Shown in pieces: positions 1 to 12,200 of a DNA stretch of 64,000 nt. Position 1 is the stretch's first letter, and the number at the start of each line of letters is the position of its first letter. The translations under genes and the position numbers were made by a program. The notes beneath the pieces were generated by a model that searched no databases, had not been told where the DNA came from, and worked only from the letters and a program-made list of their open reading frames with translations. Source of the stretch: Flaccisagitta enflata (Eukaryota); assembly GCA_965153355.1 (NCBI GenBank), contig OZ231126.1:36828001-36892000 (forward strand), in the 5' to 3' direction.

Positions 1-993
1 CCTTATTTGGCGATAGTCCATTTTAAGCAAAAATGAGAGTTTTTATAGTGAATTTTTCTCAAATTTCAGGTATTTTTGGAGGATTTTAGGGTATTTTCAT
101 TTTGTTTACATGTTTATATGCTAGTCTAACAAAAAAAATTAACAAACAAGCTGAAAATTACAAATCTGATACTAGCAAGATACTCTTATAAGGGGGAGAC
201 AATAACCCGAGTCTAAAATATAAAGGGATTTTTAGGATTTTCAAAGTCATCACGACTGTAAAAATGCAAGCACCTGGCTGATTTTTGGTATATACCCTCC
301 TTGACTATTGTACTTTGATAAGAAAAAAAATTAGGGCTGAAATGCCTCCAAAGGAACCAGTTTACCACCCACACCTACCACCACATCCTCGATTATGACC
401 GTTTTAGGGCTCAACAACCAAAAATCTAACTTCAATATGTTGAAAAAATGAATTTTCCTGGGGTGTCCTGTACTTGGGTAGTGCTCATTGGATGTCTCTG
501 AAGGGATTTAGGCTAAAAAATCAAAATCCATGAATTTGTTTTCTCACAATATTGTCCACAAGCAAACTCCACCTATTTTTGACTAATTTGCTTTTTTAAT
601 TCATCCTACCCAAATTTGAGGTCTTTACACCCTTATCCATCCATCTCAGTCCAAAAATCATTTTGATCTATCCCTAAGCATTTCATCTTAGGGGCCTACT
701 AAAACCTAACCACCCTACTATACCTCTGAGTTCACAATAACATCTTTTGTTTAGTAGTTCCTACCCTGTGACGAGAAGAGGTCGCAAGGGGTGTTGTCTC
801 CCGCCTTATTAGAGGGGGGCACCTCACATTTTTTCAAAAACTATTCTGGAACAATAAAAAACTGAAAAAATGAGACTTTGGAATAGTGAAAAACCAAATC
901 AGGGCCATTTAGTAGGTATATCATAGCCTACACAAGTCAGAAATAGCTTGAAAAACACTCATTTTGACCTTATTTGGCGATAGTCCATTTTAA
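1..993. repeat. Satellite monomer (~965 bp), left part of a tandem array; runs off the window start
   Basis: ccttatttggcgatagtcc occurs at 1 and 968 (967-bp spacing). The sequence matches the monomers at 9219-17398. Confidence 0.95.
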
Positions 994-1772
994 GGAGTGA
1001 ATGTCATTATGTAGCATTACCAATAAATGTTAATAAGGATGTGAGGGTACGTTCAAGTTGTGTCAAAAGTCAATCCAGGATCAAATATGTTTTTTTGGTG
1101 TTTATACGAAAAAATATCCTTTATAAGCCACGGGTTAGGTTGGAAACATTTTTTTTGTGACAGATGTCATGAAAGTGTCGATTACCAATCATGTACAGTA
1201 AAGAATCATTCAGCAGTATGGAATAACCGAGTTTCACTGTAAAAGCATCGAGGTAAAAATGAAGCTGTAAAAAGCAAGATTACGACACCTCTTGTTTACA
1301 GCGTAAGTTTCAGACTGCTAGTGAGAGCCGTCTGGTAACAAATGACAGCTGAAGTTTGCGTGGTTCCTACTGAGGCTGATCATGTAATGATTCTCATATA
1401 GTAAAGAATCTCTTTGGATCAATCACAAGCTGAATCACCTTGTTTGTAAACAAAAAGTCTCCATGACGATCACTGACGCTTTCGTAGATCTTGCTTATAG
1501 AAGCTTTTGCTCCGCAAACGCATAAGAGTTTTTTTTTCAAAGAAGAATTTTTTTTTTTACGAAGGTAGTAGTAACGAAACTCAACCAGTGAATCCCATGC
1601 AGATGCAGTGAATGCACAACTTTGGCGTCTGATTTGATAAAGGAACGGATTAACGCCGATTGCATGTACAGCAGCAAATGCGTTTGTCGGACAACGCAAA
1701 GAATCAATAATTCTCCCAACCTTCAAACCCCCCGGGTGCACCTGGTAATCTCTAGTAGAAAAATGTGAGATT

Positions 1773-2040
1773 AATACCCGAGCAATACCCGAGCATACCC
1801 AAGCATACCCAAGAAATACCCTAACAATACCCGAGTAATACCCGAGCAATACCCAGGCAATACCCAAGCAATACCCGAGCAATCCCAAGCGATACTAAAG
1901 CAATGCCAAAGTAATACCCGGGCATACCCGAGCATACCCGAGCATACCCAAGTAATACCCTAACAATACCTGAGCAATACCCGAACAATACCCAAGCAAT
2001 ACCCGAGCAATACCCGAGCATACCCAAATACCCGAGTATA
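1773..2040. repeat. 10-11-bp minisatellite (aatacccgagc)n
   Basis: Direct reading of about 25 degenerate tandem units. Confidence 0.9.
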
Positions 2041-2639
2041 CCCCGGGTTTTAATCTCACCTCAGATTACGTGGTGGGGTGGAACTCTGAGTGCCCAGACA
2101 AGTACACCTGGGGCCGATACATCGAAGACATCGAGATTGAGACCTTGAGCCCAAGGAGCTAGGAGCCCCGAGACTCGGCCTGTAGCCCAGGCTGTCTAGG
2201 GTGAACGCTGAGCCCGCCAGAGACGGTGGAGATCTGTCAGAAAGGGGTTCGGTGCTCAAGCCACCACCCTCCCCAAAGGGTGAGCCAAACGAGTGAACTA
2301 ACATTACATAACAACATCACTACAACCCTTTGACAACCCTCGAACTCGATTGTACATTTAAATTCTGTTTGTTCCCTTTATTCCCCTTCATTTCCATGTC
2401 CACGACCCCGGGGACGTCCACGAGGCTGAACAACAACGCCAGCAACCGTCAACGACCCCATCCGAGTCAACCACATCAGCTGGAAGCCTCCAAACCGGTC
2501 CAACATAGCTCAATCTTCTCGTCGACGTCCGCCATCGACGAACGGCTTCAACGAGCTGCTACGGCCGTCGTTCCTAACCGAATCGTCTGAGAATCGACCA
2601 CGGCATCCCCAGACGTCCCCACGACCACCCCCAACCGTC

Positions 2640-3215
2640 ATCAGCTGTCCGATGACTCGAGAACATCGAAATTCCCGCGATCGAAGCGACAATCTTCGAG
2701 CGGTCATTTAACAACATCGCGACGACGAACTTGACGAACCGCTGCGATCGAATGCGCAAGGGGATTTGGCTGAAAATCGGTATGGACCTTCTCCAACGTC
2801 ACGACTAACAACCCTGAAAGTTTCAACCCTCGGAGGCAACGGGAAGGTCGCAAGCGGAACGACTAAAGCGACGACCGCCGAGTTGACATAGACGAACATC
2901 GCGACGGCGACTTTGACGAGCTGCTGCGACCAAATGCGCGGGGGGATTTGGCTGTAAATCGATATCAACCTTCCTCAACATCCCAACTAACACTCCTGTA
3001 AGTTTCAACTTTCGGAGGCAACGGGAAGGTCGCAAGCGGAACGAACAAAGCGACAATCGCCGAGTTGACATAGACGAACATCGGGACGGCGACTCTGACG
3101 AGCTGCTGCGACCGAATGCGTGAGGGGATTTCGCTAAAAAACGATATCAACCTCAGCACCACGACTACCATCTCTATTTATTTCAACGTCTGGAGGCGAC
3201 GGGAAGGTCGGTAAG
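2640..3215 (+). repeat. About three tandem ~183-bp GC-rich units, possibly a decayed coding repeat of a retroelement
   Basis: tttcaac..cggaggcaacgggaaggtcgcaagcggaac recurs at 2821 and 3004, with a partial copy at 3181. One frame gives DDRRVDIDEHRDGDFDELLRPNA-like peptides interrupted by stops. Confidence 0.6.
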
Positions 3216-3574
3216 GAGTCAGAACTCCGCTTGCCCCGCTCATGAAAGAGGACCAATGGACCAATAGATCGTCAGACTGACAAACGGTCAAAGCCTGTTA
3301 TAGAGTTGCGCGACTGAAAAACATGAGTAATAGAGAGACAGAGATGGACGTAAAATGACAGCCAGACCGAGTTTGAGAGAGAGACACAGGGACAGAATTA
3401 CACAGATGGAAATAACAAACACGCAAATCGACAAACAGAGAAACAATGACAAAATATGTTTCGTTCTATGTAGGCAGCGCTCATCTTACGAAGTAAAGAT
3501 CTACTTAATTTGATGCAGTTAGCGGGATTAAACATGCACTGCAGCAATGTACATAATGGTAAAGACCTGTTTAT

Positions 3575-4043
<469 letters not shown>

Positions 4044-4962
4044 AGTATGAATGTTCGTCTAACGACCTTAAAAATTTCTAAAGGCAATTTCTAAGGTTTT
4101 CTCTTCATTTCTCTTTATGTCTCTTTGTCTCCTCATGTCTCTTATATCTCTTAAGTCTCTTTTGTCTCTTATGCCTTTTTTGTCTCTTTTGTCTTTTTTG
4201 TCTCTTTTTTCCCCGTTATGTCTCCTATATATATCCTATGTCTGTTATTTCTCTTTTGTCTGTTTTTTCTTTTATGTCTCTTATTGCTCCATTCTAAATA
4301 TTCATCTTTATCGCTACATGAGTACAAAGATAATTAACTGTTGCATGAAGAGAAATTTATAAAAAAACCTCAGTAACCAGGCTTGCGTGTACCTCAATAT
4401 GTCCCATTTTCAGTGAAACATGAATTTTGAGCCACTTCCCCTTACTAGTGCTAAGCCAGCATATGAAAGTAAATGTTTAAGAAAAGCGCTTTCTCTCATA
4501 AACTTGGTGAAAAAAGGGTTGGAGTGTCCATCAATGCCTTTCTTGATTTTTTTACTTGTATCACACATGAATGATGATCCACAGAAAAAATTTCAAAAAT
4601 CATTGCAGCATAAGACCTCAAGTCTTTTAAAAATCGGGGAAACATTGTTTTTCATGTGTTTTTTACTTTATCAAAGTCCTTAATGAATGAGGGCTTGAAA
4701 TGAGACAAATGCATGAACTCATGAGTCAAATCATAGCTGTGGCGCTGTAGACTTATGTCCACTTTGATGGGTCGAACAAATCTAGACAAAAGACGCAGAA
4801 TTTCTCTTTATATGTTAAGTAGTCAAGGCGCACAGAAAGTGCCTATTTACTGCACTCTTTTTTTTTTTATGTCTCTTATTGCTCCATTCTAAATATTCAT
4901 CTTTATCGCTACATGAGTACAAAGATAATTAACTGTTGCATGAAAAGTAACCTAGATGGACA

Positions 4963-5093
4963 TTTTTAGTCGCGGACACGAAACTCTAGAACTTGCCGTG
5001 TTGGTCCGTCCGTACCAAATTTTGTTGAATTGGGTGCGGTTTCCGCATTACGGCCCCTGCCCAACCGTCCGCGACCGTGTATCCGGCCTTGTT
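4963..5093 (+). mobile_element. HINE/DINE-1-like non-autonomous Helentron element, family A (short copy)
   Basis: 5' ttttagtcgcg...actct, a gtcc repeat, and a 3' cgtgtatccggccttgtt end shared with other copies in the window. Confidence 0.65.
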
Positions 5094-5365
5094 AGGATTG
5101 CATTGCATTCTGTCTCCAGATCTCTGCCAGGCATCACGCATTTCCGACAGCGCAATGGAACGCAACCCTACATGGTAGCAAAGTCCGTTTGGCCATAAGT
5201 TCAATGTTTCATAACAGATTCAATCGGATACAAAGAAGCTCTGTAGATGAGGACAAGAATATGAGCCTCCAACGCATTTTAGGTGGTGTCGCTATCGCGC
5301 TGCCTGTGTCCGTGTCTGTCTCTGTCGAACCCTGTCTCTCTCGGTCTCTCTCTCTCTCTCTCGGG

Positions 5366-5432
<67 letters not shown>

Positions 5433-5873
5433 AAAAAATGACGCACAATAACAAGGCCATCGGACCAATGCTGCGTAAGTCAGCACTCTAAGAGGTCATA
5501 ACAGATAGACAGACCAGAATTTCCAAAATGCTCTTATAGCTCTGTGAATAAGCTGTCTACTATTCCAATTTTATTTTAGAATGTTCATATGTAAATAATG
5601 TGGAAGATATCCCCAAAAACAATTTTGTTACAGCTGGACTGATGGACGGACATATGAAAAAAAAAAGTGGCTGATAGTCGCGTAGCATGTAGCTGTAAAT
5701 TCTGGTTTTGTATCAATCTCTACAAGGTTTTGCGCCAACTTGGGGTCAACGATCAGGATAATGAATGACGTTCAGGGAAAAAACTTGCTGGACGTCCTAC
5801 TCGATCGGAAGATTCTAGCAGACAAAATGCTGAAGGAGAAATAAGAGACCTCCCATGTGATTCCGGTCCTGTA

Positions 5874-6468
5874 CTACCTTGGAAATAAGTTTAGCATCAA
5901 AATGAGGCCAGTTCATCTATCGCCTCTAGAATGGTACAAGAAAACATGTTCAAACAGTTCTCACATTTCAAAGGTATCCTCCCAATATCCACTGCTCATT
6001 TTTACCCAGCATCGATTTCAAGGCTTTGAGTTATTAAGATGGCGTAACTTGTCACCTTTACACCATTAATAAAGTGTTATTCTTCAGCCCTTAATTGGCG
6101 TAGCGGTTCCCTAATGCCATTCTTTTATTCAAGTGACCAAACTTTGGTCAGATTAAGATCCATAATTGCCAGGCCAACCGGGAGGAGCTCGGTGCTGGGG
6201 AATTGCGTGAAGTCCCCAGGTTCTGGAAGCTGCTGGCACATCGAGTAACATGTAAACGAATCATTGTATTGCAAATCGTGACGGTAGTGCCGGTTTTTAC
6301 GTTTTCCGCTGTAACTTTTGAATCGCTTGCTTCAGTAATCTCCGGAAGGTCACATTGGAAAGATGTTCACGTGTAGATCATTTTAGTCGATTTTTTATGG
6401 ATTCGCTAGAGATTAGTGCTTTTCACTTATTCTCACTGAACTTGATGCTAAACTTATTTCCTAGGTAG
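5874..6468. mobile_element. TIR MITE (CTACCTWGGAAATAAG termini)
   Basis: ctaccttggaaataagtttagcatcaa at 5874 is inverted as ttgatgctaaacttatttcctaggtag at 6442-6468. The TIR resembles that of the 33432-34041 element. Confidence 0.7.
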
Positions 6469-6490
6469 AACAACATTTGCACAGAACAAT

Positions 6491-7334
6491 CCATAGGTCG
6501 AAAAAAATGGTCAAAACTCCTGACCTGGGAAAAAGTCTTTTTTGATGCATTAGCTATCAATTTATAGCTAAAATGAAAAAATCGGCTTGGAAATTTGGAA
6601 TTCAAAGCTTAAAGATAGCAAAAATGAAGCATTTTTATATATTTTTTATATCAGAAATTAGGATTGTAGCTTCAAGCTGTTTAAAAAATATCTGAAAAGT
6701 GTGGCAATAGTTGCTGTAATAATGCTTTTACCTATTTGGTAAGTTTAGAGGGTTATTTTATAGATAAAAACTAAAAAAACTATTTCAAACTATCAAATTA
6801 ATTTTTTTTTCAGCCTATTTTCATAATTACTTCTTTAAAATTCTTGAAGACTATGAAAAGTGTATAAATATTGTTGAGATACACATGCTGGAATATAATC
6901 CAGCTAAGTGTATAAATATTGTTGAGATACACATGCTGGAATATAATCCAGCTAATTTCAAGAAATATTTGATAGATTAGAGCTTAGAAACAGTAAAGAA
7001 TAACAAAAACTAACTAACTAACTAACTTTACAACAGTTTTTGGCATTTTTTTGTTTTGATTATTGGAAAATCGCTCTAAACAAACTGAAGTAGGCAAAAG
7101 CATTAGTTCAACCACTGTAGCCAAACTTTTCATACATTTCTACATACTTTTAAAAGCCATGAATATAATTTCTAATCTAAAATATGCTTAAAAATGCCCT
7201 TTTTGGCTATTAATAGACCATCAATTGTATATTTCCAAGTAGATTTTTTTATTTTTACCATTAATCAATAGCTAATGAATCAAAAAAGACATTTCCCTAG
7301 GTCAGGAGTCTTGACCATTTTTTTAGACCCAGGG
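6491..7334. mobile_element. Foldback/MITE with long degenerate terminal inverted repeats
   Basis: aaaaaaatggtcaaaactcctgacctggg...tagcta on the left is mirrored by tagctaatgaatcaaaaaagac...ggtcaggagtcttgaccattttttt on the right. There is an internal 48-bp tandem duplication near 6858-6953. Confidence 0.7.
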
Positions 7335-7398
7335 TTTGTTGCTGGACGCCGTGGTAAACATATACTGCATACAGGTATGTGTACTTGAATGCGTACAG

Positions 7399-7402
<4 letters not shown>

Positions 7403-7480
<78 letters not shown>

Positions 7481-7505
7481 AGTGTGTGTGTGTGTGTGCG
7501 TGTGT

Positions 7506-7592
<87 letters not shown>
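7403..7592. repeat. (GT)n-(GA)n microsatellite
   Basis: Direct reading. Confidence 0.98.
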
Positions 7593-7594
<2 letters not shown>

Positions 7595-8139
7595 GCTAAA
7601 GGCTCTCACTGCATCATCCGTAGTATATTATATATCATATTATATGCTATATAGTATGGTAGAAATAAAATTTGATTATGTTTGCTTGATTTTTATTATT
7701 CAACTTCTTTATCTTTCAAACACAGATTCGACTCAACAGCAGAAGAAAGGTGGAAAACCTGCATAAAGGTCTGCTGGTGGCTAACATGGTAGCGTACATC
7801 GCGGCGACGTCGTTGCGGCAACGGCGGTTATAATGGAGCCGCCAACAATATATTCAGACTGGCTTTGAATAACTTGCGATGTATTTGATTATTTTGAAAA
7901 TTTTAACACTATTCTGGTTTTTTTCTAATGAATCATCATTAAGATATTCTCATTTTTTTTTCTTGTCACAAAAGAATAAATAAATACTGACAGATTATTT
8001 CGTCCTGAGTGTGACGAAAGAACTTATCATTCAAGCATGTCAATGTGCTGTGTATGTGGAGAGAAGTGCCTTTGATAAGCGTCTGAATAGTTTGCAGTCA
8101 TAAATGGTAGGAGAGTCTGTTCAGGGAACTGTACACAGT

Positions 8140-8655
8140 CATTGGACAATACACATTAGGTAGAGAACTTACCCTGTTGGTTTTGATCCAGCCAACTGAT
8201 ATTGAAGAGAATGCTGTAAACATCTGATCAGTAAAATTACAGCTGGCTGTAATGCTATAAAATCAGTAAAAATCTAATTTTCATGAAATAGAATGTGACT
8301 AGCAGTTTCATCCTTAAAAAAATTCTGAGAAGTTTGATATGTCACATTTAATGTTTTCTTTAACCTTGCACAATAATGAAATCAAACTTTGATACAATTT
8401 TTCATTTCTATGTAAAAGTATATAATGTGATATATCAAACTTCTCAGAATTTCATCAAGATTATTAATTTATTAATCTGCCAGTCAAATTCTCTGTGGTG
8501 AAAGTGGGATTTTTGCCAATTTGTAGCATAACAGCCTGCTATCCTTTCAACAACCAAGTACTGTATAACGTATTTTGTCTATTTGTAGTAGGTTAGATCA
8601 AAGTCAATGGAGTGATTTCTCTACTTAATCTGTTTTGTCTACTGACTGTACATGC
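8140..8655. repeat. Degenerate palindrome (foldback) centred near 8385
   Basis: aattctgagaagtttgatatgtcacatt (8321) versus aatgtgatatatcaaacttctcagaatt (8425). The outer arms are more diverged. Confidence 0.6.
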
Positions 8656-9214
8656 GTTTTTGCTCCATGAGTTAGCTCTTTTACTTCCAGTTTCAGCCAG
8701 CAAGGCAGTAAAAAGTGAGATGCATTCATAGAAGCATTTTTAGCTCTGTTGACTTCCGGTTCAGCCAGCCAGGCAGGGGAAAGGCCAGTTTTGGTATATA
8801 TGGTTTTATCTGCATCTAACTGCAGATTTAACCGACTTGAGCAATGAATGGATACCTTTGGGGCACGTAGCAGAAGTCTGTCAGGTCTGTCTGCTCTGGC
8901 TGACTCGGATCACGTGATCACATATACATGCTCTTATTTGTAGTTCATGTCTGTGAAATTCCAACTTTTGTTACAAATAGCGGCATTTTCTTGGTATAGA
9001 AAGAGGCAATAAAAAATGACCATAGGGTAGATTGTACCCCATAGACTAAACCGAATGGCCTTGGCAATCATGAACCTTTTGTTGATCTCTCATGTCCAAA
9101 CTATTCATATTAGAGAGGAGGTCCCTTATTGATGGGTAAGTGTAGTACGTCTGGACACATTCAAAGAGGGTCAGACTATTTGTTTCCTAAATTATATATG
9201 AGGAAAGTCACCCC

Positions 9215-12200
9215 TTAAGCAAAAATGAGAGTTTTTATAGTGAATTTTTCTCAAATTTCAGGTATTTTTGGAGGATTTTAGGGTATTTTCATTTTGTTTA
9301 CATGTTTATATGCTAGTCTAACAAAAAAAATTAACAAACAAGCTGAAAATTACAAATCTGATACTAGCAAGATACTCTTATAAGGGGGGAGACAATAACC
9401 CGAGTCTAAAATATAAAGGGATTTTTTAGGATTTTCAAAGTCGCATCACGACTGTAAAAATGCAAGCACCTGGCTGATTTTTGGTATATACCCTCCTTGA
9501 CTATTGTACTTTGATAAAAAAAAAAATTAGGGGCTGAAATGCCTCCAAAGGAACCAGTTTACCACCCACACCTACCACCACATCCTCGATTATGACCTTT
9601 TTAGGGCTCAACAACCAAAAATCTAACTTCAATACGTTGAAAAAATGAATTTTCCTGGGGTGTCCTGTACTTGGGTAGTGCTCATTGGATGTCTCTGAAG
9701 GGATTTAGGCTAAAAAAATCAAAATCCATGAATTTGTTTTCTCACAATATTGTCCACAAGCAAACTCCACCTATTTTTGACTAATTTGCTTTTTTAATTC
9801 ATCCTACCAAATTTGAGGTCTTTACACCCTTATCCATCCATCTCAGTCCAAAAATCATTTTGATCTATCCCTAAGCATTTCATCTTAGGGGCCTACTAAA
9901 ACCTAACCACCCTACTATACCTCTGGGCTCACAATAACATCTTTTGTTTAGTAGTTCCTACCCTGTGACGAGAAGAGGTCGCAAGGGGTGTTGTCTCCCG
10001 CCTATTAGCTAAAAATAGCCTCACATTTTTTCAAAAACTATTCTGGAACAATAAAAAACTGAAAAAATGAGACTTTGGAATAGTGAAAAACCAAATCAGG
10101 GCCATTTAGTAGGTATATCATAGCCTACACAAGTCAGAAATAGTTTGAAAAACACTCATTTTGACCTTATTTGGCGATAGTCCATTTTAAGCAAATGAGT
10201 TTTATAGTGAATTTTCCTATAAATTTCAGGTATTTTATATTTTGGTATTTTCATTTTGTTTACATGTTTGCTAGTCTAACAAAAAAATTAACAAACAAGC
10301 TGAAAATTACAAATCTGATACTAAGCAAGAACTCAATAAGGGGGAGACAATAACCTGAGTCTAAAATATAAAGGGATTTTTAGGATTTTCAAAGTCGCAT
10401 CACGACTGTAAAAATGCAAGCACCTGGCTGATTTTTGGTATATACCCTCCTTGACTATTGTACTTTGATAAGAAAAAAAAATTAGGGGCTGAAATGCCTC
10501 CAAAGGAACTAGTTTACCACCCATGCCACCTACCACCACATCCTCACATGACCGTTTTAGGCTCAGTCAAACCAAAAAATCTAACTTCAATATGTTAAAA
10601 GAATTTTCCTGGGGTAATTTTACTTGGGCAGCTCACTGATGTCTCTGGCTGGATTTAGGTTATGCAAACAAAATCCATGAATTTGTTTTCTCACAATATT
10701 GTCCACAAGCAAACTCCAACTATTTTTGACTAATTTGCTTTTTTAATTCATCCTTCCCAAATTTGAGGTCTTTACACCCTTATCCATCCATCTCAGTCCA
10801 AAATCATTTTGATCTATCCCTAAGCATTTCATCTTAGGGGCCTACTAAAACCTAACCACCCTACTATACCTCTGAGTTCACAATAACATCTTTTGTTTAG
10901 TAGTTCCTACCCTGTGACGAGAAGAGGTCGCAAGAGGGTGTTGTCTCCCATGATTAGAGGGGGGCACCTCACATTTTTTCAAAAACTATTCTGGAACAAT
11001 AAAAAACTGAAAAAATGAGACTTTGGAATAGTGAAAAACCTAATCAGGGCCATTTAGTAGGTATATCATAGCCTACACAAGTCAGACACAGCTTGAAAAA
11101 CACTCATTTTGACCTTATTTGGCTATAGTCCATTTTAAGCAAAAATGAGAGTTTTTATAGTGAATTTTTCTCAAATTTCAGGTATTTTTGGAGGATTTTA
11201 GGGTATTTTCATTTTGTTTACATGTTTATATGCTAGTCTAACAAAAAAATTAACAAACAAGCTGAAATTTACAAATCTGATACTAGCAAGATACTCTTAT
11301 AAGGGGGGAGACAATAACCCGAGTCTAAAATATAAAGGGATTTTTTAGGATTTTCAAAGTCGCATCACGACTGTAAAAATGCAAGCACCTGGCTGATTTT
11401 TTGTATATACCCTCCTTGACTATTGTACACTTTGATAAGAAAATTAAATGAAATGCCTCCAAAGGAACTACGCTCCAGTACTGCATCTAGCACTCCCCAT
11501 GAGTAACTCATTTTAGTGCCCAACAACCAAAAACTAATCTCAATATGTTGAAAATGAATTTCCTTGGGGTGTCCAATGGGTAGTGCTCATTGGATGTCTC
11601 TGAAGGGATTTAGGCTAAAAAATCAAAATCCATGAGTTTGTTTTCTCACAATATTGTCCACAAGCAAACTCCACCTATTTTTGACTAATTTGCTTTTTTA
11701 AATCATCCTGCCCAAATTTGAGGTCTTTACACCCTTATCCATCCATCTCAGTCCAAAAATCATTTTGATCTATCCCTAAGCATTTTATCTTAGGGGCCTA
11801 ATAAAACCTAACCACCCTACTATACCTCTGGGCTCACAATAACATCTTTTGTTTAGTAGTTCCTACCCTGTGACGAGAAGAGGTCGCAAGGGGTGTTGTC
11901 TCCCGCCTATTAGAGGGGGGCACCTCACATTTTTTCAAAAACTATTCTGGAACAATAAAAACTGAAAAAATGAAACTTTGGAATAGTGAAAAACCAAATC
12001 AGGGCCATTTAGTAGGTATATCATAGCCTTCACAAGTCAGAAATAGCTTGAAAAACACTCATTTTGACCTAATTTGGCGATAGTCCATTTTAAGCAAAAA
12101 TGAGAGTTTTTATAGTGGATTTTTCTCAAATTTCAGGTATTTTTGGAGGATTTTAGGGTATTTTCATCTTGTTTACACGTTTATATGCTAATCTAACAAA

